Below, one piece after another: positions 17,840 to 27,038 of a stretch of DNA of 64,000 nucleotides; positions within the stretch are counted from its first letter, which is position 1; the number at the start of each line of letters is the position of its first letter. Under the pieces are notes generated by a model. That model was given only the letters and a program-made list of their open reading frames with translations, had not been told where the DNA came from and did no database searches. The stretch covers positions 2,016,001 to 2,080,000 of the forward strand of contig CP051526.1 in assembly GCA_050916045.1 (NCBI GenBank), read 5' to 3'. The position numbers and the translations under genes were made by a program. The DNA is from Tepidisphaera sp. (GTDB taxonomy: Bacteria; Planctomycetota; Phycisphaerae; Phycisphaerales; UBA1924).

Positions 17840-19059
17840 GTTGATGGGCGTGAGACGATCGCGCCGCTTGCGATGACGGAATGAGCGCCGGGGCCGCCGA
17901 ACTCGAACGCGAGTTCGCGCGGGTCGGTGGTGTTCCAGAGGACGAGGTCGGCTCGCGATTCGGCCTGGATGCGGCCGCGGTCGTCGAGTTGGAGGACGGC
18001 GGCGGCGTTGGCGGTGCAGGCGGTGAGGGCTTCGGCGGGCGTGAGGCCGCAGGAGCGGACGGCGAACGCCATGGCGAGGGGGAGTGAGCCGCTTGGAGCG
18101 GAGCCGGGGTTCCAGTTGGTCGCGATCGCGGCGGCGCCGCCGTGGTCGATGATCCTGCGAAGGTTGGCGGCGGGGCCGGAGCCAAGGTGGGCGACGCAGA
18201 GGGGGAGCGCGACGGCGATCGCGTCTGAGGCGGCCAGGGCAAGGGCGTCGGCTTCGGTGGTGGCTTCGAGATGGTCGACGGAGCGAGCACCGAGGCGGAT
18301 GGCTTCTCGGGTCATGCCGAGGGAATTGAACTGGTCGGCGTGGACGCGGATGGGGTGGCCGAGGGCGCGTGCTTTCTCGAAGAGGAGGACGGTCTGGTCG
18401 AGGGACCAGGCACCCTTCTCGCAGAAGGCGTCGATGGTGATGCCTGGGAACTCGGCGGAGACGGCTGGAAGGGTCTCGTTGATCACGCGGCCCACGAAGC
18501 CTGGCTCATCGGGATCGATCGCGTGGCCGAGGAGCGCGGTTGCGATGAGGGTGCCGGGCCACCTTGAGCGAGCGGCGGCGATGGCGCGGAGCATCTTGAG
18601 CTCGGCGTCGGTGGAAAGGCCGTAGCCGGATTTGACCTCGGCGGTGGTCGTGCCGGAGGCGAGCATGCGATTGAGGCGGGTGAGGAGGGAGGCGGTGAGG
18701 TCTTCCTGGGACGCGGCGCGGACGGCGCGGACGGTGGACATGATGCCGCCACCGGCTTTGAGGATCGAGAGGTAGTCCTCGCCGCGGAGCTTGCGTTCCC
18801 ACTCGTCGAGGCGCGAGCCGGCCCAGCATGCGTGGGTGTGGCAGTCGATGAGGCCGGGGGTGAGAAGGCGGCCGGAGGCGTGGATGATGGTCGAGCCGAC
18901 GGGCGCGGGGAGGTTTGGGCCGACGGCGGCGATGCGATCACCTTCGCAGAGGACATCAGCGGCTTCGATGGTGGCGAGGGTGTTCATCGCCGGGCCGCGG
19001 CGGGGGCCGGAGCCTTGGGGGACGGTCACGACGGTGGCGCCGCGGATCAGGAGGGGCAT
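17836..19059 (-). CDS. hutI: Imidazolonepropionase
   Basis: PGLIDCHTH, GGGIMSTV, EVKSGYGL, HADQF, SVDHLE, ATNWNPGSAP. Confidence 0.93.
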   Translation of the reverse strand: MPLLIRGATVVTVPQGSGPRRGPAMNTLATIEAADVLCEGDRIAAVGPNLPAPVGSTIIHASGRLLTPGLIDCHTHACWAGSRLDEWERKLRGEDYLSILKAGGGIMSTVRAVRAASQEDLTASLLTRLNRMLASGTTTAEVKSGYGLSTDAELKMLRAIAAARSRWPGTLIATALLGHAIDPDEPGFVGRVINETLPAVSAEFPGITIDAFCEKGAWSLDQTVLLFEKARALGHPIRVHADQFNSLGMTREAIRLGARSVDHLEATTEADALALAASDAIAVALPLCVAHLGSGPAANLRRIIDHGGAAAIATNWNPGSAPSGSLPLAMAFAVRSCGLTPAEALTACTANAAAVLQLDDRGRIQAESRADLVLWNTTDPRELAFEFGGPGAHSVIASGAIVSRPST

Positions 19060-19258
19060 GGGCGGAGTGTACCGGGGGCGCGGGCAGGTCCGGTATCGCG
19101 TGAATGGGGGTTCTCGGGGCCTGGCGAGGCCCGAGGCACGGAGAAAACCGGACAAACCGCGCGCGGCGGGAGGGATTTCGCTGGTTTTCCTTCATTTCTG
19201 GGTCACACTGTCTTCGGCGGCATCGGCGCGTTGGGCGGGCCGCGTGAAGGGGTTCAGC

Positions 19259-19993
19259 ATGATCATCGAGACTATGGCTGTGGTCGCGTGTTCGGTTCTT
19301 CCGGCGATGGGCGGGGCTTCCGGGTGCGGCGGGGTGGCATTGCCGCCTTCGGCGGCGCAGGTGGCGGTGACGTCGCTTGACGGGGTGGACGGGCGGGGCG
19401 TGTGGGTGTGGCACAAGACGGTCGGGTACGACGTGCGGGAGAACATCCGCGTGGCGGACCGGCCGATGTATCCGGCGGGGCGGGTCGATTCGGTGCGTCG
19501 TCCGGGATTCAACGGGATGGCGTGGCGGGGCGAGACGTTTGTCGGCGGCGTGGAGCGGTACGCGACGGACTCGGGCTCACCGGGCGCGATGGCGTACGGG
19601 GCTTCGGGCGATGAGGGCGTGGTCGCGAACCTTCGCGTCGGGCCGTATGTGATCGGGATCAATCCGTTCGAAGAGATTCGGGCGGAAGGCAAGGAGATCC
19701 CCCGGCAGATCCTGACGAAGATGGAAGACGCTCGGAACCAGTGGCTGAAGGATCGCGGGTATGTCGGCGGGGTGCGGACGTTCCGCAATCCGGCGGCCCC
19801 GGCGGCGGCCAAACAGGCGATTGACCTGACGCCCAAAGCCGTGATTCCCGCTCCGACGGACCTGCCGCGGGTGCGGAACCGGATGGAAGTTCGGGCGACG
19901 ACGCCGATGATGAACCTGGCGGGCGCGACGCGCGTGTCGATGCCGAATCAGATGATGGCCGATCGTTCTCCGCCGCGGCTGGCTTCGAAGTAA
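19259..19993 (+). CDS. Hypothetical, probably exported protein
   Basis: Hydrophobic N-terminus, typical codon usage, AGGGG upstream; no family recognised. Confidence 0.65.
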   Translation: MIIETMAVVACSVLPAMGGASGCGGVALPPSAAQVAVTSLDGVDGRGVWVWHKTVGYDVRENIRVADRPMYPAGRVDSVRRPGFNGMAWRGETFVGGVERYATDSGSPGAMAYGASGDEGVVANLRVGPYVIGINPFEEIRAEGKEIPRQILTKMEDARNQWLKDRGYVGGVRTFRNPAAPAAAKQAIDLTPKAVIPAPTDLPRVRNRMEVRATTPMMNLAGATRVSMPNQMMADRSPPRLASK

Positions 19994-20059
19994 TGTCGAA
20001 CTCCCCCACCGCTCGCGGATGGGGTGGTCGGAACCTTCAAGAACTCCCCTCTCTCAGCG

Positions 20060-20119
20060 GGCTCCTTGAACACGCCTTGCGGACGGACCGCGGCTTGTTC
20101 AAGGAGCCTCTGTCATTTT
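20060..20119 (+). terminator. Long hairpin, possible terminator
   Basis: ggctccttgaaca...tgttcaaggagcc followed by tctgtcatttt. Confidence 0.5.
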
Positions 20120-20120
20120 C

Positions 20121-20303
20121 GTGCACGCGGCGGGAGTGCTGCGACGGGGTGGTTGCCTGTCTGGGGGTGAAGTGTCGGACTTCCCTTGCTGGCGCGGCGG
20201 GCTCGTTGACGCTGCGCGAGTGCACGCGACGTCAGTGCGGCGACGAGGTCTTCGCCTGTCTGGGGGTGAGGTGTCGGACTTCCCTTGCTGGCGCGGCGGG
20301 CTC
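20121..20303. repeat. Two 84-bp direct repeats (99-bp period) ending in a REP-like cccttgctggcgcggcgggctc
   Basis: 20121-20204 and 20220-20303; the last 50 bp differ at one position. Confidence 0.85.
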
Positions 20304-20314
20304 TGAAAGAGAGT

Positions 20315-21730
20315 TCAGCCGATCTTGGAACGGCCGCCCATGTAGGGGCGGAGGGGTTCGGGGATGGTGATGGAGCCGTCGGCGTTCTGGTGGTTTTCGA
20401 GGAGGGGGATGAGGAAGCGGGGCGAAGCGAGGACGGTGTTGTTGAGGGAGTGGCAGAAGACGGTTTCGCCCTTGCCGACCGCGCCGCCGGCGCGGTAGCG
20501 CATGTTGAGGCGGCGGCACTGGTAGTCGTAGAGGCGGCTTGCCGAGTGCGTTTCGCCGTATTCGCCCGCGGAGGTGCCGTTGGTGACCGGGCCGCGGCCG
20601 GGCATCCAGGATTCGATGTCAACCATGTCGGCGTTTTTGACGCCGAGGTCGGCGGTGCAGCACTGGAGGAGGCGGTGCGGGATGCTGAGCGATTGGAGGA
20701 TCTGCTCGACGTACCCGATCATGGTTTTGTGCCACTGGCGGGATTCGGCTTCGTCGGCTTTGCAGATGACGACCTGCTCGACCTTGTCGAATTGGTGGAT
20801 TCGGTAGAGGCCGGCGGTGTCCTTGCCGGCGGCGCCGGCTTCGCGGCGGAAGCAGGTGGAGACGGTGACGTATTTGAGGGGGAGCTGGGCTTCGTCCAGG
20901 ATCTCGTCCATGTGGATGCCCATGAGGCCGACCTCGCCGGTGCCGGTGAGGAAGAGGTCGTAGCCCTCGGGAGCGCCGGCGCGGTGGCGTTCATCGACGA
21001 GGTAGGCCTGTTCGCGGCCGGCGGGGAAGAAACCGGTGCCGACCATGGCTTCCTCTTTGACGAGGACGGGCACGGACATGGCGGAGAAGCCCTGTTTGTA
21101 GACCATGAAATCGACGGCGTAGCGGAGGACGGCGTTGTGCAGGTTCATGCCGTCGCCGGTCAGGATGTAGGAGCGTGAGCCGGCGAGCTTGACGCCGCGT
21201 TCGAAGTCTGCGAGTTTGAGGTCGCGGACGAGTTCGAGGTGGGACTTGGGCTTAAACCCACGCTGGGACTCGAACGACTTGGCGGTGTCGAATCCGGCGG
21301 GGTTCCAGCGGCGGAGTTCGACGTTGTCCTCGGCGGAGGTGCCGACGGGGACGTCGGCGTCGGGCGGCTGCGGAACCTGGAGGAGGATCTCGCGCATCGC
21401 GGGTTCGAGGGTGGCGAGCTTCTGCTCGATCTCGTGGACGGCGTTCTTGAGGGCGATGGGCTTGGCGGCGAGGTCGTCGATCTGCTTTTGGAGAGCGTCG
21501 GCGTCGGGGCCCTTGAGGCCTTTCATCTGGCCTTTGAGCTTGCCGATCTGCGGGCCGGACTCCTTGGCGATGCGGTTCTGCTCAGCGCGGAGCTTGTCGG
21601 CTTCGGATTGAAGGTGGCGACGTTCGGCATCGAGAGCGAGGAGCTTGTCGATGTCGACGTGGATGTTTTTGGCTTTGGCGCCGAGGGCGAAGCGGGCGGG
21701 GTTGTCGCGGAGTTGCTTGAGGTCGATCAT
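20315..21730 (-). CDS. serS: Serine--tRNA ligase
   Basis: N-terminal coiled coil, GTGEV, CFRREAG, GLYRIHQFDKVEQ, HSLNNT. Confidence 0.97.
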   Translation of the reverse strand: MIDLKQLRDNPARFALGAKAKNIHVDIDKLLALDAERRHLQSEADKLRAEQNRIAKESGPQIGKLKGQMKGLKGPDADALQKQIDDLAAKPIALKNAVHEIEQKLATLEPAMREILLQVPQPPDADVPVGTSAEDNVELRRWNPAGFDTAKSFESQRGFKPKSHLELVRDLKLADFERGVKLAGSRSYILTGDGMNLHNAVLRYAVDFMVYKQGFSAMSVPVLVKEEAMVGTGFFPAGREQAYLVDERHRAGAPEGYDLFLTGTGEVGLMGIHMDEILDEAQLPLKYVTVSTCFRREAGAAGKDTAGLYRIHQFDKVEQVVICKADEAESRQWHKTMIGYVEQILQSLSIPHRLLQCCTADLGVKNADMVDIESWMPGRGPVTNGTSAGEYGETHSASRLYDYQCRRLNMRYRAGGAVGKGETVFCHSLNNTVLASPRFLIPLLENHQNADGSITIPEPLRPYMGGRSKIG

Positions 21731-21924
21731 GGCGGGGCGAGTGTAGGGGGAACGGACGGGTGGGGGCTGGCTGGGGAGGATCCCGACCTGTTCCCGAAAG
21801 TTCTGGTAGGATTCGTGGATCCTTCGGGTCGGATCGGGCCCTATCTGTTGGCAGGCGTGGTGCCGGGCCGCTTTGGCCGGTGCACATTCGGTCGTGTTTG
21901 GGCGTTGTGGTCGGGGACACTCTC

Positions 21925-23568
21925 ATGGGCATCTGGTATCTGAAACCGATTCGTGGCACGGCTCAGGTCGTGCGTCTGACGCAGCAGAAGATCTCGATCG
22001 GGCGGCACCCGGACAACTCGATCCCGCTGACGGACGATCAGGCGAGCCGGTTCCACGCGGAGATCGAGCCCTGCGAGGGCGGGTACCTGGTCAAGGATCT
22101 TGGCTCGAAGAACGGGACGAAGGTCAACGAAGCCAAGGTGAAGGATCAGAAGCTGCGGCCGGGGGATGTGATCCGCGTGGGGAGCCACGAGTTTCTGCTT
22201 GAACGCGACGACGAGGAAGCCGAGCGGGCATCGCTCTCGGATTCCGCGCTTGAGATTCCGGATTCGGCGGGGATCGGGCAGGCGAGCAAGGACCAAGGGT
22301 GGCAGGTCGGGATCACGGAGCTGATCAACTCGCTGCCGCCCAAGCAGGACAAGCATCCGGAGATCGCGATCATCGACAGCCAGGGCAAGCCAAGCCAAGC
22401 GCTGTCGGGGTCGAGCGACGGGCCGGTGGCGGTGCGGCTGCTGCTTCACCTTGCGATCAAGGCGCGGGCGACGGACATTCACATCGAGCCCAAGCAGGAG
22501 ACGTACCACGTTCGTCTTCGCGTGGACGGCAACATGGTGACGGTGCTGGAGCTACCGCAGCGGGCGGGCGAGCTTGTGTTCGGCCTGGTGAAAGCGGCGT
22601 GCAACATGCGAGTCGCGGGGCGGGATGCGGTGCTTGAGGGGCACTTTTCGGGGTTGTTTGACTCGCGGCGGGTGGAGTACCGCGTGAGCTTCACACCGAG
22701 CGTGTACGGGCAGAAGCTGGTGCTTCGCGTGCTTGACGTGATGAACGCGCCGTCGAGCCTGTCGGAAGTCGGGATGGTCTCGTACATGGCGGACCGTGTG
22801 CGTCGGACGGCGGATCAGGATCACGGGATGTTCCTGGTGTGCGGGCCGACGGGGTCGGGCAAGACGACGACGCTCTACAACGCGCTGCGCGAGATCGACC
22901 GCGAGACGCGGAACGTGGTGACGATCGAGGATCCGGTCGAGTATCAGCTTGACAACATCACGCAGATCCCGATCGATGAGCAGAAGGGAAACACGTTCGG
23001 CGGGCTGCTTCGGAGCGTGCTGCGGCAGGACCCGGACGTGATTCTGGTGGGCGAGATCCGTGACGAGGAGACGGCGCGGACGGCGATGCAGGCGGCGATG
23101 ACGGGGCACCTGGTCTTCTCGACGGTGCACGCGAAGGACACGATCGCGGCGGTGTTCCGATTGCTTGACCTCAAGGTGGAGCCGTACCTGGTGGCGAACT
23201 CGCTGGACCTGGTGTTGGCGCAGCGGCTGGTGCGGATCCTGTGCGACCACTGCAAGCGGCCGGTGCCGATTCCGCCGGGCGTGGCGACGCGGCTGGGCAA
23301 GTATCTCAACGGGAAGCACGAGATGTTCACGGCGACGGGGTGCCCGAGGTGCTTGCGGACGGGGTATCGCGGACGGCGGGCCCTGTTCGAGTTGCTTGAG
23401 TTCAACGACGATCTGCGGGACGTGGTGCTTCGGGAGCCGACGATCAACGCGATGAAGAAGGTGATCGAGCAGGGCCTGTTCACAACGCTGGCGCAGTTTG
23501 GCTGGCGGCTTGTGGGCGAGGGTGCGACCACGCTGGATGAGGTGGATCGCGTGGCGGGGCAGGGGTGA
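21925..23568 (+). CDS. FHA-domain GspE/PilB-family secretion ATPase
   Basis: FHA (IGRHPDN, SRFHA, DLGSKNGT), ATDIHIEP, GPTGSGKTTT, TIEDPVE, LRQDPDVILVGEIRD, tetracysteine motif. Confidence 0.93.
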   Translation: MGIWYLKPIRGTAQVVRLTQQKISIGRHPDNSIPLTDDQASRFHAEIEPCEGGYLVKDLGSKNGTKVNEAKVKDQKLRPGDVIRVGSHEFLLERDDEEAERASLSDSALEIPDSAGIGQASKDQGWQVGITELINSLPPKQDKHPEIAIIDSQGKPSQALSGSSDGPVAVRLLLHLAIKARATDIHIEPKQETYHVRLRVDGNMVTVLELPQRAGELVFGLVKAACNMRVAGRDAVLEGHFSGLFDSRRVEYRVSFTPSVYGQKLVLRVLDVMNAPSSLSEVGMVSYMADRVRRTADQDHGMFLVCGPTGSGKTTTLYNALREIDRETRNVVTIEDPVEYQLDNITQIPIDEQKGNTFGGLLRSVLRQDPDVILVGEIRDEETARTAMQAAMTGHLVFSTVHAKDTIAAVFRLLDLKVEPYLVANSLDLVLAQRLVRILCDHCKRPVPIPPGVATRLGKYLNGKHEMFTATGCPRCLRTGYRGRRALFELLEFNDDLRDVVLREPTINAMKKVIEQGLFTTLAQFGWRLVGEGATTLDEVDRVAGQG

Positions 23569-23713
23569 GTTCCCCGGGGCACGGGCCTTGAAGAGCCGAT
23601 AATGCGGGCGATTGGAAGGGCTGCGACGGTCGCGCGAGCGGGTGCCCGCGTGGTTTGTCGCGTCGGGGTTGATTGCGCGGAGCGGGGTGTCGGAACGGTC
23701 GATTCGCGGTGAA

Positions 23714-24226
23714 GTGTCCTATCGATGCCGCCAGCTTGTGGTTCGCGGGTTCTCGCTGATCGAACTGGTCATCGTGATTGTGATCATGGGGATCATCGGT
23801 GCGATCGCGATCCCGAAGCTTGGCGGAGCGACGGACCGGGCGGTGGATGCGCAGGTGATCGCTTCAACGGGGCACTTTCAGCGGGCGATTGACGCGTACA
23901 TGGCGGAGCACGGGAACCGGTGTCCGGCGACGGAGCCGAACGGGGCGATCAGCACGTCGCAGGTGAACTTTCGCAACCGGCTTCGGAGCCAGACGGACGA
24001 CATCGGCAACGTGTCGGGAACGGGGCTCTTCGGGCCTTATCTGAAGGACATTCCGGTGAACATGGCGAACCGCTGGCAGACGATCCGGATCGACGGGGTC
24101 GCGGCGGGCGCGAACACGAACGGATGGCGGTACGACTCCGTGAAGAAGCAGATTGAAGCCGACGGCCAGGCCCGGCTGAAATCAGGCGGGAAGATCGACG
24201 GAATTCAGGCGCTCAAAGCGGACTGA
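23714..24226 (+). CDS. Type II secretion / type IV pilin-like protein
   Basis: RGFSLIELVIVIVIMGIIGAIAIP, FGPYLKDIPVN; start uncertain. Confidence 0.85.
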   Translation: MSYRCRQLVVRGFSLIELVIVIVIMGIIGAIAIPKLGGATDRAVDAQVIASTGHFQRAIDAYMAEHGNRCPATEPNGAISTSQVNFRNRLRSQTDDIGNVSGTGLFGPYLKDIPVNMANRWQTIRIDGVAAGANTNGWRYDSVKKQIEADGQARLKSGGKIDGIQALKAD

Positions 24227-24249
24227 GCCGGTCGAGCAACGGAACCAAT

Positions 24250-25434
24250 TCAGCGGTCCCGACCTCGCACACCGAGACGAGTGTGCATCGCGGGGGCCGT
24301 AAGTCCGCTGTGAACCGCTCCCTCGTACGGACCGTCGTAAGGGTAGGCGTCAATTCCACCGTGCAGGCTCGGCACGGCCGCGGCGGAGCCATCCACAAAA
24401 GCAAGCCTCGCAACATCGCCCGCGCCGACCTCGGTGAAATCCCACGGTCTTGCGGCCCAGACGAGCGAGCGTCGATCGGGAAAGAGCACCTCGTGGGCAC
24501 CGACCGCCCGCCACTGCGACGGACCGACGTGCGTTGAATCCGACCAATACTCCGGCGCGGCCTGAAAGACGCAGGGGATCTGGTACTCGGAGTGATCGCC
24601 GACAGAAAAGCCCTCTGTCGCGGTCTCGGGAGTCGTAAACACGCTTGTCGAGCATCCCCCGTAATAGACGGGCCCCAGCACCAGATGCCATCGCGACGAT
24701 TGGCTGAAATAGTACGTGGAAGTCCGGCCCGGAAGACACGGAGAATCGAACCCCCCACGGCCGGAAGCGGCCGAGATAAAGTGCGGGTAGGTGTCTTTCC
24801 AATCGTTCGTGTACAGCGTGATGACCTGCGCGTGCGTCCGAAGATTGGTGAGCGACTTGGTCAATCGTGACTGTGTGCGGACCTTCGCAAGCACGGGCAT
24901 CGAGAGAGCGATCACGATGGCGACAATCGAGATCACGACGAGTGATTCAATCAGGGTGAACCCGCGAGGAGCGGCGCGGGTCGCCGAACTATCGCTCCTC
25001 GGCGCTTTCGCGAGGACGGCCGGCGGGTGGTAGGTGCCCGCCACGATGGCTACAGCAAGGGCCGAGTTTCGAGCGATCAACCACGCTCCTTCGGTGCGCA
25101 GGTGCTTCAGGAACAGAATCTGTGAAGTGCAGCCGCAGTCTGGCGCACCCCCGGACAGGAGTTGCACGGCGTAGACCGCGGCGAACAACCCGAGCATCAG
25201 TGCGAGAAGCACTCCCGTCGCACGACGATTAACCTTGCAAAGCCAGAGCAACGAGAGGGTGATCTCGATTGCAGGAACGGTCAGCGTGAGAACGCCGATG
25301 GCCCACCCGGGAAAGATGGACCACGTTTCGAGCGCTCTGCCGAACGCAGGCAAGTCGATACTCTTCGACACGCCGGCGAGGAGAACGAAGAGAACCGCCG
25401 CTGCGGCGAGCAATCCTGGAAGCTTATGAAGCAT
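24250..25434 (-). CDS. MauE/DoxX membrane domain fused to a prepilin-type domain
   Basis: Four hydrophobic helices with PDCGC and RN motifs (MauE-like), then internal RGFTLIESLVVISIVAIVIAL.P and C-terminal AFVDGS. Confidence 0.85.
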   Translation of the reverse strand: MLHKLPGLLAAAAVLFVLLAGVSKSIDLPAFGRALETWSIFPGWAIGVLTLTVPAIEITLSLLWLCKVNRRATGVLLALMLGLFAAVYAVQLLSGGAPDCGCTSQILFLKHLRTEGAWLIARNSALAVAIVAGTYHPPAVLAKAPRSDSSATRAAPRGFTLIESLVVISIVAIVIALSMPVLAKVRTQSRLTKSLTNLRTHAQVITLYTNDWKDTYPHFISAASGRGGFDSPCLPGRTSTYYFSQSSRWHLVLGPVYYGGCSTSVFTTPETATEGFSVGDHSEYQIPCVFQAAPEYWSDSTHVGPSQWRAVGAHEVLFPDRRSLVWAARPWDFTEVGAGDVARLAFVDGSAAAVPSLHGGIDAYPYDGPYEGAVHSGLTAPAMHTRLGVRGRDR

Positions 25435-25446
25435 GCCGCGCTTTAC

Positions 25447-25833
25447 TCAGGGGTTGCTCGTGCCGGTGCAAGGATCGCCCTGGATGTTCTTTGGAAAGCA
25501 CACACTGTTCAACCGACTTGATTCGGTTCCAACCGTGCAAGTGTAGCCGTCAGCACAAGTCGAGGGCAGCCAAGAACAAGACTCGACACCTTGAAGCAAG
25601 AAATCAGACTTGCCAGCCTTGCCTGGAGCGGCAAGAGAAGCGTCGTCGACCATCGGGTTGGTGATGCCCGTAAAGTGGCAAGTCGGGCTACAAGCCACCC
25701 AGAGTTGGACATTCGCCAGTGTGCAACACGCCTTCTTTCCGTTGAACGCGATGCAGTCCGCGACGACCAGGCTCGCAAAGCAACCGATGGCCAAACCGGG
25801 CCCCAGAAGACGCGATAGACGAGAACTTTCCAC
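25447..25833 (-). CDS. Small secreted cysteine-rich protein (128 aa, 10 Cys after the signal peptide)
   Basis: AAGGAGG 6 nt before GTG; hydrophobic N-terminus; fits between two same-strand genes. Confidence 0.75.
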   Translation of the reverse strand: MESSRLSRLLGPGLAIGCFASLVVADCIAFNGKKACCTLANVQLWVACSPTCHFTGITNPMVDDASLAAPGKAGKSDFLLQGVESCSWLPSTCADGYTCTVGTESSRLNSVCFPKNIQGDPCTGTSNP

Positions 25834-25850
25834 TTGAAGCCTCCTTGACG

Positions 25851-26975
25851 TCAACCCTGACGACGTCTCCACAGCACGATACCGAGCACAGCTGCCGCAA
25901 CAAGCGGCGGCGTTAACCAGCCGACATAACGAAGCAATTGATCGGCCCGGCGAGACGGCAACTCGGTTCCAGGTGTCTCGAGAATAACACCGTTCCTGTT
26001 GGTCAGGATGATCTCTCTCCCGCTCCGTCGATCGAGGATTGAGGGCGATACGACTCCGCCTCGAATCGCATCCTGTGAATCGAATGCGGGCGGCGAGACA
26101 AGCCTCTCGAAGGGTGTCGGGTCCGCAGCAACACGCAGAAGCTTGAATCGATCGTTCCATCCCTCGCCGAGATTTCGGTGGTAGAGCGTCCAGACTGGAG
26201 TTGACAGCCCTTCGACGGGCCCTCGCGAGGAAACTTCCCGACGAGTTACTCGTGGGCCTGACTCGTCAGCCCACTCGACAATCATCCGGGTCAAGCCGAG
26301 GGGTTCGCCAGCCTCGACCCATTCACCCTCACAGGTGATCTTCATACTCCCATCCGGCTTTTCGCAGGCGATACGAAGCGTGGGAGAGACTGAGATCACC
26401 TTAGGTCGCGAAACATCGGGGACCCTTTCAAGGAGAAGCCGTAGTTCCGCGATAAGCCCGTAGCGGAGCACGAGCAGCGTCTGACGATTGTTATCGCGGC
26501 GCGTCTTGGTGTTGTAGGCCGTGGCTTCACCGGTCCCGCCCCGAACCACCTGGCACAAGATCGGCGAGAGGGACCATTCGACCTCGTCGGTTGTCACAGA
26601 GTCAAGATAGCGTCCGTCCGCGGTCGCGTCGGAATCCATCGAGATTCTGCATTCTGAGTCACCTCGCCACCACATTCTGTATCGCGTTGTGGCGGGCTGC
26701 CCTTTTGCTGCAGCCTCCATCAGCCCTAGTTTTGTCACGTCTGGATGTGCTTTGTTCCTGCCAACCGCAATGCGCAAACTTGCAAGCGCAGCAGGGTCGG
26801 GCTTCTGTGCGTCAACCTGCTCCATCTCGACACGCATCCCATCAAGCTCGGGGAATGGCATCGGCTTGGTCAGTTCGCGGTCGAGCCATATCTGCGCGCG
26901 ATCCACGGGCGTGCGTTGTGCATACGAGCTGCTCGCGAAGAAGATGGCCAAGATCACCGCTAGCCACTTCTGCAT
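25851..26975 (-). CDS. Exported hypothetical protein with C-terminal TM anchor
   Basis: Signal peptide ending SYA; C-terminal hydrophobic helix followed by WRRRQG. Confidence 0.8.
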   Translation of the reverse strand: MQKWLAVILAIFFASSSYAQRTPVDRAQIWLDRELTKPMPFPELDGMRVEMEQVDAQKPDPAALASLRIAVGRNKAHPDVTKLGLMEAAAKGQPATTRYRMWWRGDSECRISMDSDATADGRYLDSVTTDEVEWSLSPILCQVVRGGTGEATAYNTKTRRDNNRQTLLVLRYGLIAELRLLLERVPDVSRPKVISVSPTLRIACEKPDGSMKITCEGEWVEAGEPLGLTRMIVEWADESGPRVTRREVSSRGPVEGLSTPVWTLYHRNLGEGWNDRFKLLRVAADPTPFERLVSPPAFDSQDAIRGGVVSPSILDRRSGREIILTNRNGVILETPGTELPSRRADQLLRYVGWLTPPLVAAAVLGIVLWRRRQG

Positions 26976-26981
26976 AGAGAG

Positions 26982-27013
26982 AGTGTATCACCCCCCCCCC
27001 CCCCCCGAGACAA
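26982..27013 (-). promoter_or_regulatory. Promoter with G16 homopolymer in the spacer
   Basis: TTGTCT-c-G16-tga-TACACT-6nt-ATG; C16 at 26991-27006 on the plus strand. Confidence 0.7.
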
Positions 27014-27038
27014 GGACGAAGTGATGATATTCGTTGAA

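Noticed and set aside
20121..20303. Mini-CRISPR
   Set aside because: Only two units, the intervening parts are also homologous, and no cas genes.
23595..23602. Sigma28 promoter (GCCGATAA) before the pilin gene
   Set aside because: Perfect -10 but no recognisable -35 at the right spacing.
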